Below, piece by piece: positions 26,247-35,616 of a stretch of DNA of 59,192 nt (position 1 is its first letter; each line of letters begins with the position of its first letter). This DNA comes from Terriglobia bacterium. Its GTDB lineage: Bacteria > Acidobacteriota > Terriglobia > 20CM-2-55-15. The notes beneath the pieces are model-generated. The model was given only the letters and a program-made list of their open reading frames with translations. It did no database searches and was not told where the DNA came from. The stretch is from assembly GCA_041481485.1 (NCBI GenBank), contig JBGPBY010000002.1:1-59192 (forward strand), in the 5' to 3' direction. The translations under genes were made by a program, and so were the position numbers.

Positions 26247-28802
26247 TCACGACCTGCTTTGCTCGAACAATCGAAATCTGCGCAGAATCACATCGATCAC
26301 AAACAGGCCCAGGGCGGACGCAATGAGCCATGGCACCGGGTCAATTGGAATATCCGTACGCTGACCACGGGTATCAAAGATTTCCGCAACCGTCGGCTCA
26401 AATACTCCGCCGGTTTCCTTGCTGATCATCCGCAGTCTTTCAGTATCGGGAGGATAGGATCGATATTCTTCGGGATATGAATAGGCAAGCATACGGGAAG
26501 CACCGGCGGAGCCATTACTGGCGAGGCGAAAAAGATACGTTCCATTCTGCATGAGAGGAACGCGAGCCTCATAAGCACCAGGTCCGATTTGCGGAATATC
26601 TACTAAGGAATCGGTGCGGTCCGGAGCGAGCACGTGCGCCTGGATATGCAGTTGGTCCTGAAAATGACCTTCTTTGCCGATGGAGTCCACGTATAGAACG
26701 GCGCTCTCGCCATCACGCCGGACTCGAAAATCAAATTCCGAATCGTCCTGCCGCCTCATGGACTCGCGAACAATCTGCGACCAGAATTTTGAGTAACCTT
26801 TCCATTTCAGCCAATCCACCGCCCATCGATCTTTAACATCGGAAGTGAATACCACGGCTTTCCCCAGCCCGTACTGCCATCTTGCCAGTAGCGGCTTGTC
26901 ATGGTGCGCTTCGAGAAGCACTTCCGCACTTGCCTTTGCCTTCGTCTGAACATACCCGAGAAGTTTTGGCGCCGATTGAAAGTCGATACCTTTGAAAGCC
27001 TCGGCCTGCTTTGTGACGATGGGTTTGAAAGCGGTCTCCTCAAAGGCTTCTCCCACGGAATCCTCCAGATCCTTATTGAAAATCTGAGGTACTCCCGCCG
27101 GATCTTCCGCGTAAAAGGTTTTGCCTCCCCCGAGGGATGCAATCTTTGCCATCAACTCCCGGTCTGCTTCCTGACCAACCGAAACGGTCGAAACAGTAAT
27201 GCGCGCATCCGCCATCTGTTTGGTCAATCCTGGAAAGTCGTCCGTTAACGTTCTGCCGTCGGAGAGTATGATGACGTGTTTGATCTGATCCGTTTCCTTC
27301 TGTAGTTCGGCGAAGGCTTCCTTCATTGCCGGGTAAAGATTGGTTTCGCCGCCGACTCCGATTTCATCGATGGCTTTGAGGATTGCGACGCGATCGGCAA
27401 TGGGCTGAGGATGAAGGACCCAGGCGGCGTTGAAATTAAACGTCAGGACTCCGAAGTGATCCGTATCCTTGAGCAGAGCCAAAGGCGCTTTCGTTGCCTC
27501 TTTTGCATAGCGGATCTTGTCTCCGGCCATGCTGCCCGACTTGTCCAGAATCACGATGATACTTACCGACTGCAGAGGCTTTTTGACTTCGAATGTGACG
27601 GGAAGCGCCTCTGCAATTGTGGTTCCGGAATATCCTTTCTCGCCGAACACGTTTTCGCCTCCGGCCAAAATGAATCCTCCGCCGAGTTCCCGAACATACT
27701 CGTTGACAGCCTGCATCTGAGCCTCTGAAATCGACTTTGCATTGACGTCGCTGATGACGACGGCATCATATTGAGCAAACTCCTCCACCGTTTGAGGCAG
27801 GTCTCCGGAGTCAATTACAGTGACATTGAAACCTTCGGCCGACAATGCATCGCGAAGATACGAAGAACTTGCCGCATGGCCCTCGGCGTAGAGTATTTTG
27901 GGCTTGCCAAGGACCTCGATCGTCTGTCGAAACACGTTGTTTTCCGCCACTGCATCCGGTTTCGCGTGAATTTCAACTTCGAGAACGACGGTCCCTGAAC
28001 CGTCGGGAATACTTGTTTCGAGTCCGATTCGATTGATGCCTTTCTTGAGCCGGACCACAGATTGCTTCAAAACCTTTGGGCCGTTCCGGATTTCAATACG
28101 TCCATCCGTGTCCGACTGACTGTAGACGCGAGCCTCCAGTGGAAATTCTTCGTCCGTATTGACCTTTGGCGGTGCGACCACATCTTCCAGCCAGACGTCG
28201 GCTTCGGGTCTCACTCCCATGGGTACTGTGAAAACTTCAATGCCTTCCTGCTTCAGACGGGGAATGACGGAAGCAACGCTGCCCGAGTTTTCGTTTCCGT
28301 CAGACATCAGAACCAGGCGCTTCAGTGGATTCGGCGCAAATCCTCTAATCGCGCGCTCAACGGCAGCCGCGATATTGGTTTGACTTTGATCGATTGCGTT
28401 TGGGCTGGCGTGGGCCGAAACCGGCACCTGCGTCATTTCCTTCAGTTCGTGAAATCCGAGCGAATTGGATGCAAATGCGATGAACCCTGCTTCGGACGGC
28501 TTTCCCGCGTCATTCGTGTCGCGAATCCATTGAATTGCGCTTTGAATTGAAGATGCAGACACACTTTGACTGACGTCCAGCAGATAAACCACAGAGACCG
28601 CGGAGCCGTGCCAATGGAACACGGGTTGGGCGAGAGCAAGAACCAGGAAGGCGATGACGGTGCTCCGGATTGCCGCCGACAGATTCAGATGCTTCGGGCT
28701 CAATCCGGCGACTGAAAACTTTCCGGACCACCATAGGTATGGGATGGCAAGCAGCAGGATCAATGCCCAGCGATTTTCAATTGTGAGCAGACGAGAGATC
28801 AT
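26247..28802 (-). CDS. Large VWA-domain membrane protein with a central glutamine-amidotransferase-like domain (Bat-operon type)
   Basis: Two MIDAS-type motifs (VYLLDVSQSVS; VILDKSGSMAG), N-terminal TM helices and a C-terminal TM. Last gene of the MoxR operon. Confidence 0.8.
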   Translation of the reverse strand: MISRLLTIENRWALILLLAIPYLWWSGKFSVAGLSPKHLNLSAAIRSTVIAFLVLALAQPVFHWHGSAVSVVYLLDVSQSVSASSIQSAIQWIRDTNDAGKPSEAGFIAFASNSLGFHELKEMTQVPVSAHASPNAIDQSQTNIAAAVERAIRGFAPNPLKRLVLMSDGNENSGSVASVIPRLKQEGIEVFTVPMGVRPEADVWLEDVVAPPKVNTDEEFPLEARVYSQSDTDGRIEIRNGPKVLKQSVVRLKKGINRIGLETSIPDGSGTVVLEVEIHAKPDAVAENNVFRQTIEVLGKPKILYAEGHAASSSYLRDALSAEGFNVTVIDSGDLPQTVEEFAQYDAVVISDVNAKSISEAQMQAVNEYVRELGGGFILAGGENVFGEKGYSGTTIAEALPVTFEVKKPLQSVSIIVILDKSGSMAGDKIRYAKEATKAPLALLKDTDHFGVLTFNFNAAWVLHPQPIADRVAILKAIDEIGVGGETNLYPAMKEAFAELQKETDQIKHVIILSDGRTLTDDFPGLTKQMADARITVSTVSVGQEADRELMAKIASLGGGKTFYAEDPAGVPQIFNKDLEDSVGEAFEETAFKPIVTKQAEAFKGIDFQSAPKLLGYVQTKAKASAEVLLEAHHDKPLLARWQYGLGKAVVFTSDVKDRWAVDWLKWKGYSKFWSQIVRESMRRQDDSEFDFRVRRDGESAVLYVDSIGKEGHFQDQLHIQAHVLAPDRTDSLVDIPQIGPGAYEARVPLMQNGTYLFRLASNGSAGASRMLAYSYPEEYRSYPPDTERLRMISKETGGVFEPTVAEIFDTRGQRTDIPIDPVPWLIASALGLFVIDVILRRFRLFEQSRS

Positions 28803-28823
28803 GAATCCCGCCCATTTACCGGG

Positions 28824-30623
28824 TCACAACGTAATTCTTCGATGATAGGTGAACCACTCCAGACTGAGAAGAAGAACTGCAGCCAGCAGAATGTAGTAAG
28901 ACAGCTCATGCCGCAGGAAGGGTGGAGCCGGACCGGCGTCTGTCGTGCGCATCGCGGTCCGGTGGTTGATATCGGACGATCGTCGGTCCATTTGATTCAC
29001 TGCAACGTATTGACGCTGTCCGTCCTTTGTAGCCACGTACAGGCCGGGCTCGAATGCTTCAAACACCGTTCGATCCCGATACGTCTGTGACGATACGGGT
29101 TTTCCATCTGGTCCGGATATCAGGGCATTCGCAGCTGGAACTTCCACAGTTCCTGTGTTTCGCCGTATTGCCAGACGATCTCTCCCAAACCATGCAAGAG
29201 CATTGTCGATAAACAGCGGGAAACTCTCGTGAAGCGGAAAATCCGACGATTCCAGATTGAATGTCACCAAAATCCAGCGAGCACCACTGGAACCGGCCGA
29301 AGAAGCCGAAGAAGCCGAAGAAGCCGAAGAAGCGACGATCAGCGGGTTGTTTCCCGAGGAAGCCAGAACCGTTAAATTCAATGGATCGATTCGCGCTGCC
29401 CGGGATATCGAGACATCATGCAGTGACAGGAATTGCATCACAGGATGGTCCTCGGTCCATGAGGTGAATGAGGGTCTATCCATATCACCTGAAGGATTTC
29501 GAAGCCATGAGACACGTTGAGCACCGATAATCAACGAGGGTTTCGCCGGCTGAACCTGTGGAGCAAAGTCATCAAATACATACGCATCAACAGACGGATC
29601 TTCACGATACTCGCCAGGCGTCGTGATCGACAGGTCGACAAATGCATCGAGCTTCAGTGCCGCTTGCAGATACGCATTGCCCTTTGAAACAAGAAGAGTT
29701 TTCGCTTTCTTCTTTGCCGGCAAATACGAATATGCAACGTCGTCCAGTGGCAGGGCATCGCCATTGGCCTCGGCAGACGCGCGGACGCCGCCTCCCTGAA
29801 AATTCGACAAGTCAAACAATTCGCTGTAGCTTTGGCCGGGTTGAATCTGCACCTCTTTAGAAATGCGGCCCGGCCCGCCCTCGCTCAATGTAAGCGTTGT
29901 CCCGCGAACATCTCTGCTGAAATTGGTGACTTCGAGATAGGCCTCGTATACCTGCGGCGCCGCTGGAGTCGATCGAACCTCGAATGCGGTGATTCCAACG
30001 TTGCGAGCGGTGTCGTAAACAACTTCGGATCTTACACTGCCCGGAATTGCCGGATTGGAAACGCCATCTGTGATGAACCAGACCTGGGTGGCGGAATCGC
30101 TGATTTCGGGGAAACGTGCGGTAGCTGGAAGAGGTTTCATGCCGTCGACTGACCGCTTCAAACGCGCAACGTCGCTTGTCATTGGAGAATCGTACCGGCC
30201 GGACGTGTCTGCAACGCGAATTTGCGAGCCGGGACCTGCCGATGCAATCAGCTGTCTGGCGATTGTGGTGGCATGTTGCCATCGTGTTTTGCCGTCACTC
30301 ATGCGTGCCAGCATGGAAGGCGACGTATCCAAAACAATCATCAACCGGCCGGCGGAACCGGTGAGGAATTTCAGTTCAGGCCGCGCGAGTGCAAATACCA
30401 TCAGCAGACCGATGACGACCGCAAACAATACCGACAGAATCCGCCGAAGTTTTTCCCAGAGTGAACGTGCTTCACGACGATCCAGCACCCTGCTCCAGAG
30501 CATTGAAGATGCAATGACCACGCGCCGATGCCGCAGTTTTAGAAAGTAGGTGGCAATGAGTGCAATGGAGATCAATACCGCCAGCAGGGTGACGGTCTGG
30601 GGGCTCAGTGTGAGAAAAGTCAT
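28824..30623 (-). CDS. BatA-like protein: N-terminal double-TM aerotolerance-regulator domain plus VWA domain
   Basis: The N-terminus LLAVLISIALIATYFLKLRHRRVVIASSMLW is BatA_N-like. MIDAS MIVLDTSPSM. The start overlaps the DUF58 stop (ATGA). Contains the SSA repeat linker. Confidence 0.75.
   Translation of the reverse strand: MTFLTLSPQTVTLLAVLISIALIATYFLKLRHRRVVIASSMLWSRVLDRREARSLWEKLRRILSVLFAVVIGLLMVFALARPELKFLTGSAGRLMIVLDTSPSMLARMSDGKTRWQHATTIARQLIASAGPGSQIRVADTSGRYDSPMTSDVARLKRSVDGMKPLPATARFPEISDSATQVWFITDGVSNPAIPGSVRSEVVYDTARNVGITAFEVRSTPAAPQVYEAYLEVTNFSRDVRGTTLTLSEGGPGRISKEVQIQPGQSYSELFDLSNFQGGGVRASAEANGDALPLDDVAYSYLPAKKKAKTLLVSKGNAYLQAALKLDAFVDLSITTPGEYREDPSVDAYVFDDFAPQVQPAKPSLIIGAQRVSWLRNPSGDMDRPSFTSWTEDHPVMQFLSLHDVSISRAARIDPLNLTVLASSGNNPLIVASSASSASSASSAGSSGARWILVTFNLESSDFPLHESFPLFIDNALAWFGRDRLAIRRNTGTVEVPAANALISGPDGKPVSSQTYRDRTVFEAFEPGLYVATKDGQRQYVAVNQMDRRSSDINHRTAMRTTDAGPAPPFLRHELSYYILLAAVLLLSLEWFTYHRRITL
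29296..29333. repeat. Perfect 9-bp tandem repeat (GCCGAAGAA x4 plus 2 nt) inside the BatA-like CDS
   Basis: The plus strand reads gccgaagaa four times from 29296 to 29331. On the coding (minus) strand it encodes SSASSASSASSASSAGSSG. Confidence 0.95.
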
Positions 30624-31495
30624 TTCAGGAATCTGCCCTGTCTAAAGACCTTCAGGACGAGATCCTCAAATGGGAAATCTGTTACGGTGCGGATATAGCC
30701 GAGTTGGTATTTCAAACAGTATTTTTCGAGCTCTTCACAAAAACCGGCAAATTCCGTTCGATAATCCGCGAGCAGGGACGGCGTCACCGTGATTTCGCGG
30801 CTGACATTATTTTCGGAATCGACAAGAACCAGCTCGCCCTTTAGAGAGGGTTCCACTTCTTCATGGCTTGCAACGTGGATTACGAAAATATCATGGCGAA
30901 AGTGCCTGAGAATATCGAGGCCGTTTTGAAAGCCCGTGGGATCCATGAAATCGGAAATTACAACAGCAAGACCGCGCCGCCTTGCCTCGGTACAGTAGGT
31001 CTTGAAGGATTCACGCGCGTTTGTTTCGCCGCCGGGAGCGATGTCTTCGAGGAATCGGAAAACTTTGAAGATTCGTCCTTTCCCGCGCTGAGGTGCGAGT
31101 TCGCCACGAATTTTTTCCGCGTACGAAGTCATATAGACACGGTCGAGATTGGCAAGTCCGATGTAGCACAACGCCGCCGCCACGCGTCTGGCGTAATCGA
31201 GTTTAGAGGGAGCGCCATAGGTCATGGACTGGCTCGTATCGACGAAGAAATAAATCGGCAGGTCCTCTTCTTCCTCGAACAGGCGAAGGATCAGTTTGTT
31301 GATACGAAGATATGCCTTCCAGTCCAGATGCCGAAAGTCATCTCCGGGAACATACTGGCGGTAGTCCGCAAATTCGACGCCGGTTCCACGTCGCCTGGCA
31401 CGGCGTTCAGCCCGGAAATGTCCGGCAAAAACCCGTCTGGAGATAATGCTGAGGTATTCGAGTTTCTTGCGAAACTCGTCATCGAATAATGCCAA
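30620..31495 (-). CDS. DUF58 domain-containing protein
   Basis: GVEFADYRQYVPGDDFRHLDWKAY is the DUF58 signature. A TTG at 31495 lies 1 nt after the MoxR stop. The ORF-track GTG at 31567 would overlap MoxR by 71 nt, so the start is uncertain. Confidence 0.8.
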   Translation of the reverse strand: MALFDDEFRKKLEYLSIISRRVFAGHFRAERRARRRGTGVEFADYRQYVPGDDFRHLDWKAYLRINKLILRLFEEEEDLPIYFFVDTSQSMTYGAPSKLDYARRVAAALCYIGLANLDRVYMTSYAEKIRGELAPQRGKGRIFKVFRFLEDIAPGGETNARESFKTYCTEARRRGLAVVISDFMDPTGFQNGLDILRHFRHDIFVIHVASHEEVEPSLKGELVLVDSENNVSREITVTPSLLADYRTEFAGFCEELEKYCLKYQLGYIRTVTDFPFEDLVLKVFRQGRFLK

Positions 31496-31496
31496 T

Positions 31497-32489
31497 CTAG
31501 TGTGCTTCCGGTGTGGAGTCCAGGATTCCCTTGATGATTGTGTCGGTGTCCATTCGCTCGGCCTCACCTTCGAAATTGAGCAGAATGCGATGCCTCAGCG
31601 CACCAAAGGCAACGGCGCGAATATCGTCGCTCGACACATAAACTCGATTATTCAGCAGAGCGCGGATCTTGCCGCCGACGACAAGCGCTTGCGCTGCACG
31701 CGGACTGGCGCCGCAGCGCGCATATTTCGTCGCAAGCGGATTCGATAGCGGAGTATTGGGATGGGTCGCCATCATGATCCGAACCGCGTAGTCCTGCACC
31801 GGCCGGGCAATTGGGACCGCGCGCACCGTTTTGCGCATTTCCAGAATCTGAGGGCCATCGAGCACGCGTTCAACGTGGGGTTCCTCGAGCCTCGTTGTAC
31901 GGTTGAGAATGGTCCCCATGCTGCTGGCAGTGGGGTAATCCACCTTCAGCTTCATAAAGAAACGGTCCAGCTGAGCTTCCGGCAGAGGATAAGTGCCTTC
32001 CATTTCCAGAGGATTTTGAGTCGCAAGAACGAAAAACGGCTGTTCCAGCTTGTAGGTCGTCTTCCCGACGGAAACCGTGTTTTCCTCCATGGCCTCCAGA
32101 AGCGCAGACTGAGTTTTCGGAGTGGCGCGATTCACTTCGTCGGCAAGGACAATGTTGGCGAAGATCGGACCATTCTGGAATTCGAGAATCTTTTCGCCCT
32201 TCTCACTTTCGCGAACGATATTGGTTCCCGTGATATCCGCCGGCATCAAATCCGGAGTGAACTGGATGCGCGAAAATTTCAGGTGAACCACTTCCGACAA
32301 GGTGGAAACGAGTTTGGTCTTTCCCAGGCCCGGCACGCCTTCCAATAGCACGTGTCCAGCAGCGAGCAGGCTCATGATGGCGCACTCGATGATGTCGTCG
32401 TAACCGACGATGACCTTTGCGATCTCCTGTTTGACCGCATTGAATTGTTTCTGAAATCCTTCTACCTGCTGGTCAATTGCTGCGCTCAT
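31497..32489 (-). CDS. MoxR-type AAA+ ATPase
   Basis: Walker A GVPGLGKT and Walker B LADEVNRATPKTQSALLEAMEE, with typical MoxR length (330 aa). Confidence 0.9.
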   Translation of the reverse strand: MSAAIDQQVEGFQKQFNAVKQEIAKVIVGYDDIIECAIMSLLAAGHVLLEGVPGLGKTKLVSTLSEVVHLKFSRIQFTPDLMPADITGTNIVRESEKGEKILEFQNGPIFANIVLADEVNRATPKTQSALLEAMEENTVSVGKTTYKLEQPFFVLATQNPLEMEGTYPLPEAQLDRFFMKLKVDYPTASSMGTILNRTTRLEEPHVERVLDGPQILEMRKTVRAVPIARPVQDYAVRIMMATHPNTPLSNPLATKYARCGASPRAAQALVVGGKIRALLNNRVYVSSDDIRAVAFGALRHRILLNFEGEAERMDTDTIIKGILDSTPEAH

Positions 32490-34051
32490 GGCTTTGCCGG
32501 CCCGGATGATTGCGGCCGAATCTCCTCAAAATAGTATTTAACGATTTCCCGTTGTTCGCGCGGCAATCGATTCTGATTGAGCGCATCCTTTTGAGCCGGG
32601 CTGAGTTGCGATGGGACATTGCGATAATCCAACAATGATCGTTCCTGCCGGCTTGCTTCTTCGATATCCTGCAGCTTTCCTCCCGAACCGGCCTGGCCTT
32701 TCAGACCTTCCATTTTCAACTGCACGTCAAGTTTGGTGATCTCCCCAGACTTCAGATCTTCGGTAGAGCCCAAAGCCGTTCCGGAAGACTTACCGCCCGT
32801 TGTGCCTTGTCCAATCCCGGAGGAGTTTCCTGCGGCGGGTGTCCCGCTGGGGGAGGCATCTCCGGAGTTCCCTCCTCCGGACCCTCCCTGTGACGGAGTC
32901 GGGCTTTGTTGGGCATCGGAGGCGGATTCTTTGGAGGCGGCTCCCTGTTGAAGCGCGTTCTGAAGATCGGCCAGCTGCTGGCTCGCCTGGCTCTGCCGCT
33001 GCTGATTCTGCAATTTTTCCGCGAGCTGTTCCAGCGCCTGTGCAAAACCATCCAGTGCGGCCTGTCCGGCCTGCGTATCGTTATTTTTTAGTGCGTCCGA
33101 CGCCTGCTGCATCGGCCTGGATAAATCCTGGAGAGCCGCTGGAGAACTGGCTGCCGCTTGCCCCATATTCCTCTCGAGTTCGCGAAGCACATCCGACGGA
33201 GTGACGTCGAGTTTCTCTGCAAGATCGCGAATCTCACCGGCCGCCTTCTCAAGATCCCCTTGCGACATGGCCTGGGCGGCAGACTCCATGGCAGGAGACT
33301 GGCCCAGCTGGTTGGCAATCGTTGACAGGCCATCCAATATGTTGTTGAGTTCGAGATTTCCGCCATCAATCTGCTGTCTGAGACTGGAAATTTGCCGTTG
33401 CGCTTCTTCACTGGCAATTTTGCCTTGTTGCAGGTTGTTCACAATCTGTTCCAGTTGTTCTGCAGCTCCGGTATGTTCGAGCAGTTTTCTGGCGCGTTCG
33501 AGCGATGCCTGATCTGTACGCGACAGCCGGAACGGCGGCGCACTCTGCAATCGAAACCAATTGTGGTTCTGCAAGATCGGTAGGAAATTCAGAGTTACAA
33601 ACAGAAGCAAAAGAATCAATGACACCTTCGAGGATTTCGGAAGCGTTGCAGGGTAGAGCACTTCAATTCGAAGCGTTCTGGCCGTCCTGGCGGCCTGCTC
33701 GATTAAAGCATCCACCCATTGAGAGCGCGACGGATGAAGAAGGAACCAATAGGCCGTCTTCATCTGGTCCTGCAGCTGGCCGTTCTGATCCAGACTCGAC
33801 GCTGCTGCACGCATATCGCCGGTGCCGCGGATTCTCGAAATAATCCATGCTGCCGTGGCAATGCCCCACACGGCAAGCGCGGCTGCAACTGCTGAGCCAC
33901 GAAGCGGAAATACAAAGTCGATCAATTTGAAAAGAACAGGGAATAGGAGGGCAGTGGCCAGAATGGAAGATACGGTTTTCAGACGATGGATCACACGCAG
34001 ACGTTTCGTCACGTTTTCCAACAGACCAAGAATAAATTCGCTGTCTGCCAT
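32486..34051 (-). CDS. Membrane-anchored Gln-rich coiled-coil protein (DUF4175-like position in Bat/MoxR operons)
   Basis: N-terminal TM helices (ILATALLFPVLFKLIDFVF; VAAALAVWGIATAAWII), then a long Q/A/L-rich helical region and a G/S-rich tail. Its stop overlaps the MoxR start by 4 nt. Confidence 0.55.
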   Translation of the reverse strand: MADSEFILGLLENVTKRLRVIHRLKTVSSILATALLFPVLFKLIDFVFPLRGSAVAAALAVWGIATAAWIISRIRGTGDMRAAASSLDQNGQLQDQMKTAYWFLLHPSRSQWVDALIEQAARTARTLRIEVLYPATLPKSSKVSLILLLLFVTLNFLPILQNHNWFRLQSAPPFRLSRTDQASLERARKLLEHTGAAEQLEQIVNNLQQGKIASEEAQRQISSLRQQIDGGNLELNNILDGLSTIANQLGQSPAMESAAQAMSQGDLEKAAGEIRDLAEKLDVTPSDVLRELERNMGQAAASSPAALQDLSRPMQQASDALKNNDTQAGQAALDGFAQALEQLAEKLQNQQRQSQASQQLADLQNALQQGAASKESASDAQQSPTPSQGGSGGGNSGDASPSGTPAAGNSSGIGQGTTGGKSSGTALGSTEDLKSGEITKLDVQLKMEGLKGQAGSGGKLQDIEEASRQERSLLDYRNVPSQLSPAQKDALNQNRLPREQREIVKYYFEEIRPQSSGPAKP

Positions 34052-34179
34052 TCCCCGAGGTTCTTTCTGTGATCCAGGATCGCTGTGAGACTACCACACC
34101 CCAATGATGTGCCCAAGCGATTCAGGGCAGTGGCCGCGGGCACGCCAGAGACCCGTAATCAGGTTCGAATTCGTTATGG

Positions 34180-35616
34180 TCACTTCCGAACGGGAGCTAT
34201 TGACACACTCACCCGCTCCTCCGCCTTTGCGTGCAGGATGGAACCCTGTTGAGCAAAAGGACCGAGGAATGTTGGCATGGCATAGACGGAGGACGGCGGC
34301 GGCGGGTCTTTGAATTCGGCAGTATCGATGGCAAAGATTGTGTAGTCGCCAGGAATCACTCCCTTGATCGTGAACTTCCCGGAAGCATCGCTCTTTGCTT
34401 CTTTGTAGAACATCGGATGACCGCGCATCTCTTCAGGAGGAATCAGCACGACGCGGGCATTTCGCGCCGGTTGCTGGTCGGAAGTTCTGATTACGCCTTC
34501 GACGACGCTCGTTCCGCTCATGACCAGCGTGATATCGCTGATATCGGAGGCGATGTCCAGGACGGCCTGAGAGACGACAAAATTATCGTGGAGGTTCGCT
34601 CCGGTTGCCCAGTCTTCGGCGTAGAGAATGTATCGGCCGGCCTGAATCCCTCGAATCTCGAAGGTCGCCTGCTGCCGATTGGGTCCGATGGGCGAAGAGT
34701 TCTGCGCCATGCGCGGGGCTTCGAGAACCTTGCCGTCGTTCGCACCCAAAGGAATCAAATAAAAGTCCGGAACGCCGGAACGCCGGTTACGTTCAGGATC
34801 CACAACCGTTCCGGATATCTTGAACGACTGTGCTGTCTGAAAGCCGAAATTGAGTCCTTCAACGACTCCGCCTTCGCCAACCTCGACGAGCGCAGCTCTG
34901 CTGGAATCCACCGTTCCGGGGAAATAGGTTTTCAACCATGAATCCTGCACAGCCGGTGTGGGACCCGCAGCAACGAAAACTCCGCCAGTGTTGACCATGG
35001 GGATTCCGTCACCGAACATTATCAGACCTCTTCTATATTCGACAGAAAGCTTGTACTTGCCGGAAGGTAATCCCCAGATCCGATACATGCCGAGATCATC
35101 TACCCCACTGTTTCCCGCGACCCGGGTTGTGCCGTCATTCGCAACGAGAGTTGCCACGACACTTGCATTTTCTGCAGGCTTTCCCAATGGATCCAAAACG
35201 CGGCCCGCCAGTGCGGCACCTGGAGTCAAAGCGAGACTGATGCTCAATGGCTTTTCAAGACTGACAACAATGTGTTTTATTGCGCCGCTATCCTCCAGCT
35301 CGATTCCGTCCTGCGTTGGAGCGGTATAGCCGGGACGTCTGGCCCGAATCGTGTAAGCGCCGGGGGATGCGTTGCGAATGAGGAAGTGGCCTGTGGAGTC
35401 GGTCATGGCGTCCGGCTCGCCTTCCAGCTCCTGCTGGCCCTCACGCGTGATGGTGATCCGCACGGCTGCGAGCCCTTCCGTTGTCGTCTGCCGCATGACG
35501 ATGCCTTCGATAATTCCCGAATTATTCTGTGCGAAAGCTCCTGGGGCCAGCACCAGAACGATCAGCAACGCGCTCGTTACGCTGGTCGTCATCCGCGGCA
35601 TCAATCGGAACATCAT
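34180..35616 (-). CDS. Carboxypeptidase regulatory-like domain secreted protein, paralogue 4
   Basis: The ATG at 35616 overlaps the upstream stop (ATGA). Signal peptide MMFRLMPRMTTSVTSALLIVLVLAPGAFAQ. CarboxypepD_reg units (GIIEGIVMRQTTTEGLAAVRITI). The ORF-track extension to 35754 overlaps the upstream gene. Confidence 0.75.
   Translation of the reverse strand: MMFRLMPRMTTSVTSALLIVLVLAPGAFAQNNSGIIEGIVMRQTTTEGLAAVRITITREGQQELEGEPDAMTDSTGHFLIRNASPGAYTIRARRPGYTAPTQDGIELEDSGAIKHIVVSLEKPLSISLALTPGAALAGRVLDPLGKPAENASVVATLVANDGTTRVAGNSGVDDLGMYRIWGLPSGKYKLSVEYRRGLIMFGDGIPMVNTGGVFVAAGPTPAVQDSWLKTYFPGTVDSSRAALVEVGEGGVVEGLNFGFQTAQSFKISGTVVDPERNRRSGVPDFYLIPLGANDGKVLEAPRMAQNSSPIGPNRQQATFEIRGIQAGRYILYAEDWATGANLHDNFVVSQAVLDIASDISDITLVMSGTSVVEGVIRTSDQQPARNARVVLIPPEEMRGHPMFYKEAKSDASGKFTIKGVIPGDYTIFAIDTAEFKDPPPPSSVYAMPTFLGPFAQQGSILHAKAEERVSVSIAPVRK

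Noticed and set aside
29296-29333. Short tandem repeats as a possible CRISPR array or other array.
   Set aside because: The 9-bp units are contiguous with no spacers and lie in frame inside a CDS. This is a coding microsatellite, not CRISPR.
34120-34185. tRNA-like T-loop string AGGTTCGAATTCG.
   Set aside because: The flanking bases do not form T-stem, acceptor or anticodon arms. I saw no other tRNA-like segment in the window.
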